Source: an uncultured delta proteobacterium (GTDB lineage Bacteria > Desulfobacterota > Binatia > Binatales > Binataceae). Taken from it: 64,000 nt of DNA. The DNA lies in contig CAVQEQ010000004.1 in assembly GCA_963711565.1 (NCBI GenBank), positions 480,001 through 544,000 on the forward strand, in the 5' to 3' direction. Under the pieces are notes generated by a model. The model searched no databases. It was not told the origin of the DNA and saw nothing but the letters and a program-made list of their open reading frames with translations. A program made the position numbers and the translations under genes. The stretch's first letter is position 1. Each line of letters starts with the position of its first letter. This document shows, one piece after another, positions 11,032-20,606 of the stretch.

Positions 11032-12117
11032 ATGAGACCGAGAAGAAATGTCGCCGCTATTGCGACCGGCGTAATTGCGATCGCGATCGTCCTGGTCTGC
11101 TCATCCGGTCGCGTTCGCGCGGCGAGTACGTCTGCGCTCGACTCGACGCCTGCCGTCAATTCGCTGCTTAGTCCGCCCAATTCGGATGGCAATCGAATCC
11201 CGGTCGCAATCGCGCTGCGGGTGATCAATATCTCCGACGTTGACGAGGTAAGGCAGCGGTTTTCGATGGTTGGCTATCTGATCGCGGATTGGAAGGATCC
11301 GCGGCTTGCATTCACGCCCCGGGCTCGATGGGAGAAGTTTCGCACCTATTCCACCGACCAGGTCTGGAGCCCGCACTTCGACTTCGTCAACGGCGTCGTG
11401 CCGCACCTGGCGAGCGACATGACGATGCGCGTGTATCCCGACGGCACAGTGAGATACTCCGAGCGCTCGAGTGCCGAACTTTCAAACATTTTTCACTTGC
11501 GGACTTTTCCCTTCGACCGGCAAACGCTCGAGATCCTGATCCATCCGATGGTCGCAGAAGGCAGAATAGTCGAATTCTCGACGCTGGGAGGCGAACACTC
11601 GATCAGCGCCGAGCCGCGCGTATATTCCTCGCTCGCGGATTGGCGGGTAACGGGAACGGCGGCGTCGGTCCAGCAAATCCCGGGTATCGGTGATGAATCG
11701 GTCAGCCAGGTAAGCTTCACGCTCTCGATCGCCCGCCGGTCCAACTTCTACCTGTGGAAAGTGTTCGTGCCGCTGCTGCTCATGGTGATTCTGTCCTGGA
11801 CCGTGTTCTGGATCGAAGCCTCGGAATTGAATAGCCAGGTGGATATCTCCGCCACAACTATTCTGACCGTTATCGCCTTCGCGTTCGCGATTCAGGCCAA
11901 CCTGCCGAAGGTGCCATATCTCACGTTCATCGATGTATTTTTCCTGGTCTGCTACCTGTTCGTGTTCTTTCCGGCGATCGAGATTACGGTGCTGCACCGG
12001 GCATCGCGATCGGGACACGAGATATTCGCGCGGCGGGTGAACCGTCTCAGCCGAATCTTTGTGCCAGTCGCGTTCGTTGCGGCGAACGTTCTGATCGTCG
12101 CCTGCTATTTCGGCTAG
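11032..12117 (+). CDS. Prokaryotic pentameric ligand-gated ion channel (ELIC/GLIC-like, Pro-loop)
   Basis: Signal peptide, W.DPRLAF, W.P..DF.N, DG.V.Y..R, FPFD.Q.L Pro-loop, M1 YLWKVFVPLLLMVILSW..FW, M2-M3 LPKVPYLTFID and four TM helices; alternative start 10987. Confidence 0.92.
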   Translation: MRPRRNVAAIATGVIAIAIVLVCSSGRVRAASTSALDSTPAVNSLLSPPNSDGNRIPVAIALRVINISDVDEVRQRFSMVGYLIADWKDPRLAFTPRARWEKFRTYSTDQVWSPHFDFVNGVVPHLASDMTMRVYPDGTVRYSERSSAELSNIFHLRTFPFDRQTLEILIHPMVAEGRIVEFSTLGGEHSISAEPRVYSSLADWRVTGTAASVQQIPGIGDESVSQVSFTLSIARRSNFYLWKVFVPLLLMVILSWTVFWIEASELNSQVDISATTILTVIAFAFAIQANLPKVPYLTFIDVFFLVCYLFVFFPAIEITVLHRASRSGHEIFARRVNRLSRIFVPVAFVAANVLIVACYFG

Positions 12118-12130
12118 CGGGACTCGTCAC

Positions 12131-12215
12131 GTCTTAACACCGGGTGCAGGGGTCCGCGACGGTGTCGACACCCCTGCCCAAGGAAGGGTGAAACCCACGG
12201 TGGGTTTCACATTCA
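12131..12215 (-). repeat. Repeat family A, full copy with an expanded hairpin-2 loop
   Basis: Reverse complement TGAATGTGAAACCCACCGTGGGTTTCACCCTTCCTTGGGCAGGGGTG[TCGACACCGTCGCGG]ACCCCTGCACCCGGTGTTAAGAC. Confidence 0.9.
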
Positions 12216-12265
12216 ATCTCTGCGTGGTTTATAGATCGAGAATCGCATTTGTGCAGGAGAATAGT

Positions 12266-13822
12266 ATGTCGTGGGAGAAGGAAGTTGAAGAAATTCGCCG
12301 TCGCGTCGAGCTCGCGAAGGGGATGGGCGGCGATGAGAACATCAAGCGCCAGCATGATGGCGGCAAGCTCACCGTGCGCGAGCGGATCGAGCGGCTGCTC
12401 GATGCGGGCACGTTTCACGAGTACGGCGCGCTGGCGGGATCTCCGAAATACGAGGGCGAGATGCTCGCGTCGATCATGCCGGCGAACTTCGTCGGCGGCA
12501 CCGGGCGAATCAACGGACGGCGCGTCGTGGTCGGCGGCGACGATTTCACGGTGCGCGGCGGCGCCGCCGACGCAAATATCGGCAACAAGCGCAGTTACGC
12601 GGAACTGATCGCGCACGAACTGCATATCCCGATTATTCGGCTGGTCGATGGGACCGGTGGCGGCGGCAGCGTGAAGTCGTTCGAAACCGTCAAGCGGACC
12701 TACGTCCCGGCGAATCCCGACTTCGATGTGCTGGTGAAGCTGATGGGCGAGGTGCCTGTGGTCGCGGGATGCATGGGGTCGGTCGCGGGAATCGGCGCGG
12801 CGCGGGTGGCGGCGTCGCATTTCTCGGTGATGATTCGCGGGACGAGTCAGCTCTTCGTGGCGGGACCTCCGGTCGTCAAATGGGGCGTCGGCGAGGATCT
12901 TAGCAAGGAGGAACTCGGCGGCGCCGAAATCCACGCGCACATGAGCGGCGCGGTGGACAACGAGGCCGAGAGCGAGGACGACGCGTTCGCGCAGATTCGC
13001 CGCTTCCTGTCGTACCTGCCGAATAGCGTGTGGAATGTGCCGCCGCGAATCACGCCCGCCGACGATCCCGCTCGCCGCGAAGAGGAGCTGATCAGCATCG
13101 TGCCGCGCAATCGACGCCACGGTTACGACGCGCGGCGAATCGTCGAGCTCGTGATGGATCGCGAGTCATTTTTCGAGATGACGCCGTTCTTCGGGCCGTC
13201 GCTGGTGACGGGCTTCGCGCTGCTCGACGGATTTCCCGTCGGCGTGATGGCGAACGATCCGTTTTCGATTGGCGGCTCGCTCGACGGGCCGGCGTCGGAC
13301 AAGATGGTCAAGTTTATCGACCTCTGCGACACCTTCCATCTGCCGGTCGTGAACTTCGTCGATCAGCCGGGCTTCCTGATTGGGCGCGAGGCCGAGATGG
13401 CGGGGACGATTCGGCGCGGCGTGCGCGCGCTGTACGCGATGTTCCAGACGACGACGCCGCTGGTTGCGATCATGGTGCGCAAGGCGTTCGGCGTTGCGGG
13501 CGCGGGTCATGGAATCACGACCGGGTTGAATCTGCGCTACGCGTGGCCGTCGGCGGATTGGGGATCATTGCCGATCGAGGGCGGAATCGAGGCGGCGTAC
13601 AAGCGCGACCTCGCGGCGTCGAGCGATCCGGAAAAGTTGCGCAAGGAGCTCGAGGACAAGTTCAACGCGATCCGCTCGCCACTGCGCACCGCCGAGGCGT
13701 TCGGCATCGAGGAGATAATCGATCCGCGCGACACGCGGCCGATTCTCGTCAACTGGGTGCATCAGGCGTACGAGATCGTGCCGACGCAGTTGGGGATTCG
13801 CACGCGCACGATGCGGCCGTAG
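12266..13822 (+). CDS. Biotin-dependent acyl-CoA carboxyltransferase (beta subunit)
   Basis: GKLTVRERIERLLD, DDFTVRGG, AGPPVVK...EELGGA..H and DQPGFLIG motifs; GGAGA RBS before ATG 12266. Confidence 0.93.
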   Translation: MSWEKEVEEIRRRVELAKGMGGDENIKRQHDGGKLTVRERIERLLDAGTFHEYGALAGSPKYEGEMLASIMPANFVGGTGRINGRRVVVGGDDFTVRGGAADANIGNKRSYAELIAHELHIPIIRLVDGTGGGGSVKSFETVKRTYVPANPDFDVLVKLMGEVPVVAGCMGSVAGIGAARVAASHFSVMIRGTSQLFVAGPPVVKWGVGEDLSKEELGGAEIHAHMSGAVDNEAESEDDAFAQIRRFLSYLPNSVWNVPPRITPADDPARREEELISIVPRNRRHGYDARRIVELVMDRESFFEMTPFFGPSLVTGFALLDGFPVGVMANDPFSIGGSLDGPASDKMVKFIDLCDTFHLPVVNFVDQPGFLIGREAEMAGTIRRGVRALYAMFQTTTPLVAIMVRKAFGVAGAGHGITTGLNLRYAWPSADWGSLPIEGGIEAAYKRDLAASSDPEKLRKELEDKFNAIRSPLRTAEAFGIEEIIDPRDTRPILVNWVHQAYEIVPTQLGIRTRTMRP

Positions 13823-13828
13823 GGCAGA

Positions 13829-15172
13829 CTAGCCGGCGGTTGCGCGATCTGCCGCTGGCGCGGCGTGCGCGGGCTCTTCGACCGCGGCGTGGCCGCGCGT
13901 GAAGGCCATCGCGACGATGAAGACGATCATTCCGCCGAGCGCGACCTTGACCCATTCGCCCCAGCCGTAATGCACCGCGACGTAGAGCGACAGCGGCGCC
14001 GAGATCGCCACCCACGCGCGCGCGACCAGCCCGAAGAACGCCCATCCCGTCGCTTGCAGTGCGGGCGAGACGTCCTCGAGCGCTTCCGAGAACTGCGCGG
14101 CCCACGGCACGTAGGCGATTGCGAGGAAGCATCCCATCAGCGACGCCACCATTATCAGCGTCGCGCGCGGCATCTCAGTGCCAAACTTCGGAATCCACCA
14201 CGCCATCAGAAGGGCCGCGAGGATGCCGCCGAAGATCGCGATGGGTTTGCGGATTTGCAGGCGGTCAGACACGAGTCCGGTTAGCACCAGTACGGCGAGA
14301 TTCGTCAGCCAGAAGTACTCGTTCATCTTCGCGGCCTCGGCGGGCGCGTAATGGAACGCCTCGGTGAACATCAACGGCCCGAAGCCCTGGATCGCGAAGT
14401 ACAGCGTCAAGTTCGCGGTGATCCCGAGCACGAGCAGCCATACTTCAAGATGACTCAGCAGGCGGCGAAAAGCGTCTCGGGTGCTGGAGGGAAGTTCGGA
14501 AGCGGCGGGCAGGCGTCCCTCGGCGGCGAGCGCCTCGATTTCAGTCTTCATGATCTGCATCCGCAGCTCAGGGCTTAGATCGCGCAACCAGATCACGATC
14601 GGGACGTACATCGCGACCGCGAAGAATCCCATGATCCAAATCTGCGATTGCCAGGTGTGATAGATCGGCAGCGTCTGGCCGGCGACGAAGTTGGACAGGA
14701 AGTTCGCGCCGACCGGGCCAATCGTCAGCAGTCCGAATGCGAGCGCGCGGCTGAGCCGCGGTGACATGTCGCGAATCAGGGCCGCGCCGGCGCTGGCCGT
14801 CAGGCCCGCGACGATTCCCATCAGCGTGCGCAGGATCACGAAGGTCACGATGTTGGTGATCAGCACGTTCAGGAACAACAGGACGGTGACGAAGCCGAGA
14901 CATACGTCGATGATGAGGACGCGGCCGTAACGGTCCGCCAGCGGACCGCCGAAGAATGCCGAGATGCCGGAAATCAGCACTGTGAACGTGATGAAGATGC
15001 CGTAGGCGGTGTGGCTCATGTGCAGGTACGGCAGCAGGATCGGCAGCAGCGGGGCGAGCTGGAAGTCGTACGCGCCGAGAATCGAGGCGAGCACTGTGAG
15101 TATCAGCAGCGACCATCGATGGCCGCCGCGCGGATATTCAGTGAGCGTTCGAGCCGCGACAAAACTATTCAT
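13829..15172 (-). CDS. MFS transporter
   Basis: About 12 hydrophobic segments; motif A GPLADRYGR and the repeat GLVSDRLQIRK. Confidence 0.9.
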   Translation of the reverse strand: MNSFVAARTLTEYPRGGHRWSLLILTVLASILGAYDFQLAPLLPILLPYLHMSHTAYGIFITFTVLISGISAFFGGPLADRYGRVLIIDVCLGFVTVLLFLNVLITNIVTFVILRTLMGIVAGLTASAGAALIRDMSPRLSRALAFGLLTIGPVGANFLSNFVAGQTLPIYHTWQSQIWIMGFFAVAMYVPIVIWLRDLSPELRMQIMKTEIEALAAEGRLPAASELPSSTRDAFRRLLSHLEVWLLVLGITANLTLYFAIQGFGPLMFTEAFHYAPAEAAKMNEYFWLTNLAVLVLTGLVSDRLQIRKPIAIFGGILAALLMAWWIPKFGTEMPRATLIMVASLMGCFLAIAYVPWAAQFSEALEDVSPALQATGWAFFGLVARAWVAISAPLSLYVAVHYGWGEWVKVALGGMIVFIVAMAFTRGHAAVEEPAHAAPAADRATAG

Positions 15173-15318
15173 TTCGTTTCCCCATTAGCCGGACCGGTGC
15201 GCAGATTTAGTTTCTCTACAACCAAGCAACCCGAAAACACAAGGCGTTTTCTCAGCGCTGGTACATCGGTGCCATGCCTGCTAAGACGCCGAGAGTCTCG
15301 AGAAGGATTCGCTGAGCG

Positions 15319-15531
15319 ATGGATATAAAGAGCCCCGCCGTGGGCAAGGTGCTGCGACTCTCGATCGAGGCGGGCGCGCAAGTCGCGCGCGGCGACGAGC
15401 TGATGGTGATCGAATCGATGAAGGTCGAGATACCGGTGAAGGCGCCGGCCAACGGGCGCATCGTGGAGTTTCGCGTGAAGCCGGGCGATCAGATTCAGCG
15501 CAATTTCGTGCTCGCCGTGATCGAGACGTGA
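15319..15531 (+). CDS. Stand-alone biotin carboxyl carrier protein
   Basis: 70 aa; SP..GKV, IESMKVEIPV (biotin-Lys) and V..GD motifs. Confidence 0.9.
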   Translation: MDIKSPAVGKVLRLSIEAGAQVARGDELMVIESMKVEIPVKAPANGRIVEFRVKPGDQIQRNFVLAVIET

Positions 15532-15532
15532 T

Positions 15533-16186
15533 TCAGTCGGCGATACTGTCGCGGCGGGCGCCCCATTTTTCCCAGAACGTCACCTGCAGGGCAGGCTTGC
15601 GATCGGGGCGCGCCCATCGACCCTTCGGATAGCCCATCGGAATCAGCACGACGTTGGCGTACTCGGGCGGCACGCCGAGCATCGCGTCGATTTCCTTCGC
15701 GAACATCGTATGCATCCCGGTGATCGACGTGCCGAGGCCGTAGCCGCGCGCCGCCAGGCACAGATTCTGAATCGCCGGATAAATCGCGCCCCACATCGGC
15801 TGCCCGGCGCGTGCGCGATCGGTGTATTTTTTCACGCAGGCGAAAATCATCACAGGCACGTCGGCGATATGCTCGGCGAGATATTTTGCCGAGCGCAGAT
15901 TTCGCCCGCGCTGGCTTTGAGGATCGTTGGCGACGACTTCGCGCTCCGTCGGCGTGAACACGGCGTCCCACGCCTTGCGGTAACGCTCCGCAACAAATTC
16001 CTTCGCTTCGCGTTCCGTGACGACGATGAAAAACCAGGGCTGCCGATTATGTCCGCTCGGACCCATCGTCGCCGCCTCGATCACCTTGACGATGAGATTA
16101 GGCGCCACCGGGTCGGGCTTCAGCCGCCGCATCGAGCGCGTGGTGTAGATCGCTTCGTACAAATCGAATTCGTGATGGCCATGCAT
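15533..16186 (-). CDS. Nitroreductase family protein
   Basis: LYEAIYTTRSMRRLKPDPV, PSGHNRQPW.F, YPAIQNLCLAARGYGLG and IPMGYP motifs; start MHGHHEF at 16186. Confidence 0.92.
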   Translation of the reverse strand: MHGHHEFDLYEAIYTTRSMRRLKPDPVAPNLIVKVIEAATMGPSGHNRQPWFFIVVTEREAKEFVAERYRKAWDAVFTPTEREVVANDPQSQRGRNLRSAKYLAEHIADVPVMIFACVKKYTDRARAGQPMWGAIYPAIQNLCLAARGYGLGTSITGMHTMFAKEIDAMLGVPPEYANVVLIPMGYPKGRWARPDRKPALQVTFWEKWGARRDSIAD

Positions 16187-16270
16187 GTTGGCGAACCTAT
16201 CAGTTTTCCAGTGGCGACCGGAACTTCTATGCGCTAAGAATCGACCAAGCTTCTTCCGCCGGAGGAAATC

Positions 16271-17182
16271 GTGCCCGAAATAATTCTGCATCAATATGCG
16301 ACCTCGCCGTTCTCCGAGAAGATCCGCAAGATTTTCGCGCACAAGAAAATCACTTGGCGCTCGGTCGAGCAGCCCGTGATTATGCCGAAGCCCAAGCTGG
16401 TTCCGCTGACAGGGGGCTATCGGCGAATCCCGGTGCTCCAGATTGGCGCCGACGTATGGTGCGACACAGGCATCATCGTCAGGAAAATCGACGAGCTGAA
16501 ACCTGAGCCGACGATTTATCCCGGCGGTCTGACCGCCGCCGCAGACACGATGAATCAATGGGCCGATCGACGGCTGTTCTGGTCCACGACGCCCGTGATT
16601 TTCGAAAAGCTCGCGGCTGTGGTGCCAAAGGAATTCATCGAGGATCGCTCGAAGATGATGCAGGGTGCGGACTTCGGCGCGATTGCCCGCAGTGCACCCG
16701 ATTCGCGCAACCAGTTGCGCGCCTTCCTCGAGATCCTCGATCGCCAGCTTGCGACTTCGCCGTTCCTGCTTGGCGATTCGTTCAGCCTCGCCGACGCCGC
16801 CTGCTTCCAGCCGGTGTGGTTCCTGCGCGCTGAGCCGACCTCGTTTGGCCTCGCGCAAAAATTCACCCATCTCATGCGCTGGTTCGAGCGTATCGACGCG
16901 ATGGGTTACGGCGACGTGCGCCCGATGGATCCCGACGAGGCACTCAAGCTGGCGAAGGAGAGCACTCCCGCTACTGCCGAGAACGTTGACTCAAGAGATC
17001 CAAACGGCCTCGCGGCAGGAACCAGAGTCTCGGTAACCCCCGATGACTACGCCTTCGATCCGGTGACCGGCCGAGTAGTGGTCAGCACGATTCACGAGAT
17101 CGCAATAGAGCGCGACGTTCCCGAATTGGGAAAAATTGTGAATCACTTCCCGAAGATTGGCTTCCGAATCGCCGCAGCCTGA
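16271..17182 (+). CDS. Glutathione S-transferase family protein
   Basis: ILHQY..SPFSEK, LTGGYRRIPVLQIGAD..CDT, FLLGD.FSLAD and C-terminal HFPKIG; GGAGG RBS. Confidence 0.92.
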   Translation: MPEIILHQYATSPFSEKIRKIFAHKKITWRSVEQPVIMPKPKLVPLTGGYRRIPVLQIGADVWCDTGIIVRKIDELKPEPTIYPGGLTAAADTMNQWADRRLFWSTTPVIFEKLAAVVPKEFIEDRSKMMQGADFGAIARSAPDSRNQLRAFLEILDRQLATSPFLLGDSFSLADAACFQPVWFLRAEPTSFGLAQKFTHLMRWFERIDAMGYGDVRPMDPDEALKLAKESTPATAENVDSRDPNGLAAGTRVSVTPDDYAFDPVTGRVVVSTIHEIAIERDVPELGKIVNHFPKIGFRIAAA

Positions 17183-17393
17183 CCGCCGTAGCCTGCAATC
17201 TTCTGTCGCGCACTCCGGCCTAGCCGCGTACAGCGGCAGCGCACAGTGCCGCCTATCGTAGATAAACGAATACTCAGTTAGGCACGAGCAATACTAAATA
17301 GGTAATCGACCTTATACTCATTATATAATTCGTTCGTATACACAATGAGAGTAGAGTGACTACTGGACGCGGGCCGAAACGGGGGTCGTCGCT

Positions 17394-20300
17394 TTGTCCA
17401 GACGTTTTTCGCCAGCCCTCTTCGCGGCGGCGGGAGCCTTGCTGCTTGCCGCCGGTGTCGGGGTGATTCTGTCTTCGCCGATGCGCGCGACGCCGCGATC
17501 GGCCCGCGCTAACATCAATGCGCCCGGCGCTTTGCACGCGCGCGATCGCGTGGCGCGCGAGGCATTCCTGCTCAGCCGTCGTGGCTTGAACTTTGGATTA
17601 CCGCAAGGTGCGTATCAAGAAGCAATCGCGCAGATGCGGCGGCAAGAGCGGGACGCGGCTGTAACCCACGACGATGCGAGCGGTGCGACGCCCGCGGCCG
17701 CTTCCTTCGCATGGAGTGCGCTGGGCCCGCTGCCGTTGATCGACGAGATTCCCACTTTCGGTGGAGTGGCAGTTGGAAGCGCTCTCGCGGGCGTCACCGG
17801 ACGAGTTACCGCGATTGTCGCGGATCCTACCGTCAGCGGACGCATGTTTGTCGGCACCGGCGACGGCGGAGTCTGGATGCGCGCCAACGTAACCGCCGCA
17901 TTCGTTCCGATATTCGATCTCGAGCCCACGCTGTCGGTCGGCTCGCTCGCGCTCGACACGACCACCAGTCCAAATCCAACGCTCTACGTCGGCAGCGGCG
18001 AAGGCAACGGCTCGTCCGACTCATACTATGGTGAGGGAGTATTCGTCTCGAGCGATCTCGGAGTCACGTGGACGCAGCTCGGCGCCGATGACTTTGCATT
18101 CGCGTCGATCGCCTCGATCGCGGTCGATACCACGCAGACGCCGCGCACAATCTATGCGGCAGTGACCTACGGCTCCAGCGCGAACCGGGCGGACGCGTCG
18201 TGGGTCGAGGGCGACTTCAGTCAAGACGGTCTGTGGCGCTCGAGCGACGGCGGCGAGTCCTGGATTCCATATCCTGCCGGGACCTTCGGCGCGTGCCCGT
18301 ACTTCACCGACGACCCGTGTCCCGCGGAATCAGTGGTGATCGATCCTGCGTCGCCGGCCGGCGTGCTCGTTTCGATTCTTGGTGTCGGCGTGTTCCGCTC
18401 GGCGAATTCCGGATTCAGCTGGACGCAAGCCAGCCTGCCCAACCTGACCGGCGGTATCGGCCGCGCGAGCGTCGCCGCCGCCAACGGTGTTGCGTATGCG
18501 ATAATCGGCGCGGCCGACGGTATCGAGTTCGCGGGCTTCTACACCTCGGCCAACGACGGCGTGACATGGACGCAGGCGTCGGTACCGAGCGCGACGGTCG
18601 GCGGCACGACTATCGACGGGTCGAACTCGAGCAACTTTTCGGAGTCGTTTTTCGATCAGACGATTGCGGTCGATCCCGCCGACCCGACCGGCGCAACCGT
18701 TGTGTTTGGCGGCGTCGGAATCTACAGCTCGACCAACGGCGGGAAAACCTGGACGTCGCTCGCGCCGAGCGGCGGAACCCATTCGGATCAGCACGCGATC
18801 GCGTTCGATCCCGCGAGCGCCCACAGTTTCTATCTCGGCAACGACGGCGGGCTCTATCGCTTCGCCGCCGGCACGCAGACGTGGGCGGCGCTCAATACGA
18901 GCATCGGAGTCGCGCAGGCGCAGTCGGTAGGTCCTCATCCGACTAACAGCAATGTCGTGCTGGCGGGATTTATCGACAACGGCACCGCGCTCTACAACGC
19001 CACGCAGCCGCCGGCGTCGAGCTGGAGCGAGGTGGACAACCTCGACGGCGGATTCGCCCTGTTCGACCTCGTCAATCCGCTGTTCGCCTATCACTCGTTC
19101 GCGACCACTGCGGCCGGGCCGTGGGTCTCGCGCTCGACCAACGGCGGCGCCACCTTCAGTTCCGCCGCTTCGAGCGCGGCGCTGCAGACGGCGATGGCGA
19201 CGGCGGGCGACCCCGGTGCGGCTTATTTCCCGCCGCTGGCAAGCGACCCGGCCGTCGCCGAGCGCGTCTTATTCGGCGCGCATTCGGTTTACGTCTCGAA
19301 TGACGGGATGGCGACGTGGGCACAGCAGACGACGCAGGATTTGACCGGCGGCTGCAACAGCGGCGAGTGCGCGCTCGAGGATCTCGAGATCGCGCCGTCC
19401 GACGACACCAAGGCCTACGCGCTCGCGATGGAGACCAGCACGACGTTTCGTCCGACGCCGTTCCAAATTTTCACCACCGACCAGGCCAACCTTCAGGTCA
19501 GCGCCGCCCAGCCCGGTGGCGCCGAGTGGATCGACAAGACCTCGCAACTGCCGCCGATCGTATTTCCCAACGCGACGCAGGCGACCGGAATCGCCGTTGA
19601 CCCGTTCCTCTACAGCACCGCCTGGCTCAGCCTTTCGGGGTTCACGGCGGCGACCGGCATGGGCCACATTTTCGTGACGACCGATTTCGGCGGCACCTGG
19701 ACAGAGGCCGATGGCAATCCGACTCTGCAGAGTCCGCCGCCGGCGAATGCGCTGCCCGACGTTCCAGTGTTGCGATTAATTGTCGATCGCAACGACCCCA
19801 CGGCCATGACCGTGCTGGCGGCGACCGACATTGGCGTCTTCAGAACGACCGACGGCGGCAACACCTGGGCGCCGTTCAACCTCGGTGTAATTCCCGCCGT
19901 CGCCGTCTTCGATATCGAGCAGAATTTGAGCGGCGTGGTCTTCGCGGCCACTCACGGCCGCGGGATATTCGAGCTGTCCGGCGAGGGCTCGCCCGGCTCG
20001 ACGCCTGTGGCAACGCCGACTGCCGCCGCTTCCGCAACCGGCACGCCTACGCCGACCTCGTCAATCACGGCGACTGCGACGCGCACCGGCACTCCGTCAC
20101 CGACCGGGACGCCTACTCCATCCTCGACGCCCACCGCGACCGCGACGCCCACCGCAACTTCAACCCGCACTGCGACCGCAACCGCCACCTCCACCGCTAC
20201 TGCGACCGTGACCTCAACCGCGACCGGGACGCCTATCGCGACCAGCACGGCGACCGCAACGCTCACGCCGACGCCGATGCCTACTGTGGCGGCGGTGCTG

Positions 20301-20606
20301 GCGGTCTCGCCAAGCTCAGCCACCTTCTCCGCGAAGTTGGGCAGGAAGAGCAAGGCGAAAAAAGTTACCGCGGCCAACCAGGGCAAAGTGTCGATTTCGC
20401 TGATGGGCGCGCAGGTGACCGGCGACTTCGCACTCTCGAAGGTTTGCGGCTCGACGCTGAAGCCAAAAAAGAAATGCACCTACTCGGTGGTCTTCGCTCC
20501 GACCGCGACAGGAGTCAGCTCCGGCACCCTCACGATCAACAACAACAGTTCGAGCGGCCCGCGAACGGTGGATCTGTCGGGAACCGGCCAGCAGCCGGCT
20601 AAGTGA
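17394..20606 (+). CDS. Large secreted Asp-box (BNR/sortilin/GH74-like) beta-propeller protein with a Thr/Pro/Ala linker and a C-terminal ASH/choice-of-anchor-D-like Ig domain
   Basis: N-terminal hydrophobic signal; at least 9 S.DGG.TW-type Asp boxes; HSDQHAIAF, GNDGG and AATHGRG; TATPT-rich linker; C-terminal CG..L.P...CT..VVFAPT..G...GTLTI.N...V.LSG.G. Confidence 0.85.
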   Translation: MSRRFSPALFAAAGALLLAAGVGVILSSPMRATPRSARANINAPGALHARDRVAREAFLLSRRGLNFGLPQGAYQEAIAQMRRQERDAAVTHDDASGATPAAASFAWSALGPLPLIDEIPTFGGVAVGSALAGVTGRVTAIVADPTVSGRMFVGTGDGGVWMRANVTAAFVPIFDLEPTLSVGSLALDTTTSPNPTLYVGSGEGNGSSDSYYGEGVFVSSDLGVTWTQLGADDFAFASIASIAVDTTQTPRTIYAAVTYGSSANRADASWVEGDFSQDGLWRSSDGGESWIPYPAGTFGACPYFTDDPCPAESVVIDPASPAGVLVSILGVGVFRSANSGFSWTQASLPNLTGGIGRASVAAANGVAYAIIGAADGIEFAGFYTSANDGVTWTQASVPSATVGGTTIDGSNSSNFSESFFDQTIAVDPADPTGATVVFGGVGIYSSTNGGKTWTSLAPSGGTHSDQHAIAFDPASAHSFYLGNDGGLYRFAAGTQTWAALNTSIGVAQAQSVGPHPTNSNVVLAGFIDNGTALYNATQPPASSWSEVDNLDGGFALFDLVNPLFAYHSFATTAAGPWVSRSTNGGATFSSAASSAALQTAMATAGDPGAAYFPPLASDPAVAERVLFGAHSVYVSNDGMATWAQQTTQDLTGGCNSGECALEDLEIAPSDDTKAYALAMETSTTFRPTPFQIFTTDQANLQVSAAQPGGAEWIDKTSQLPPIVFPNATQATGIAVDPFLYSTAWLSLSGFTAATGMGHIFVTTDFGGTWTEADGNPTLQSPPPANALPDVPVLRLIVDRNDPTAMTVLAATDIGVFRTTDGGNTWAPFNLGVIPAVAVFDIEQNLSGVVFAATHGRGIFELSGEGSPGSTPVATPTAAASATGTPTPTSSITATATRTGTPSPTGTPTPSSTPTATATPTATSTRTATATATSTATATVTSTATGTPIATSTATATLTPTPMPTVAAVLAVSPSSATFSAKLGRKSKAKKVTAANQGKVSISLMGAQVTGDFALSKVCGSTLKPKKKCTYSVVFAPTATGVSSGTLTINNNSSSGPRTVDLSGTGQQPAK
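19995..20285 (+). repeat. Low-complexity Thr/Pro/Ala coding repeat (linker)
   Basis: STPVATPTAAASATGTPTPT...TATATLTPTPMPT, about 95 codons of ACN/GCN/CCN. Confidence 0.85.

Noticed and set aside
17250-17360. AT-rich stretch with TATAAT as a defined sigma70 promoter or ncRNA
   Set aside because: Probably regulatory, but there is no well-spaced -35 box or stable structure to support a specific call.
19952-20479. Minus-strand Val/Ala/Gly-repeat ORF
   Set aside because: It is the antisense reading of the Thr/Pro/Ala linker.
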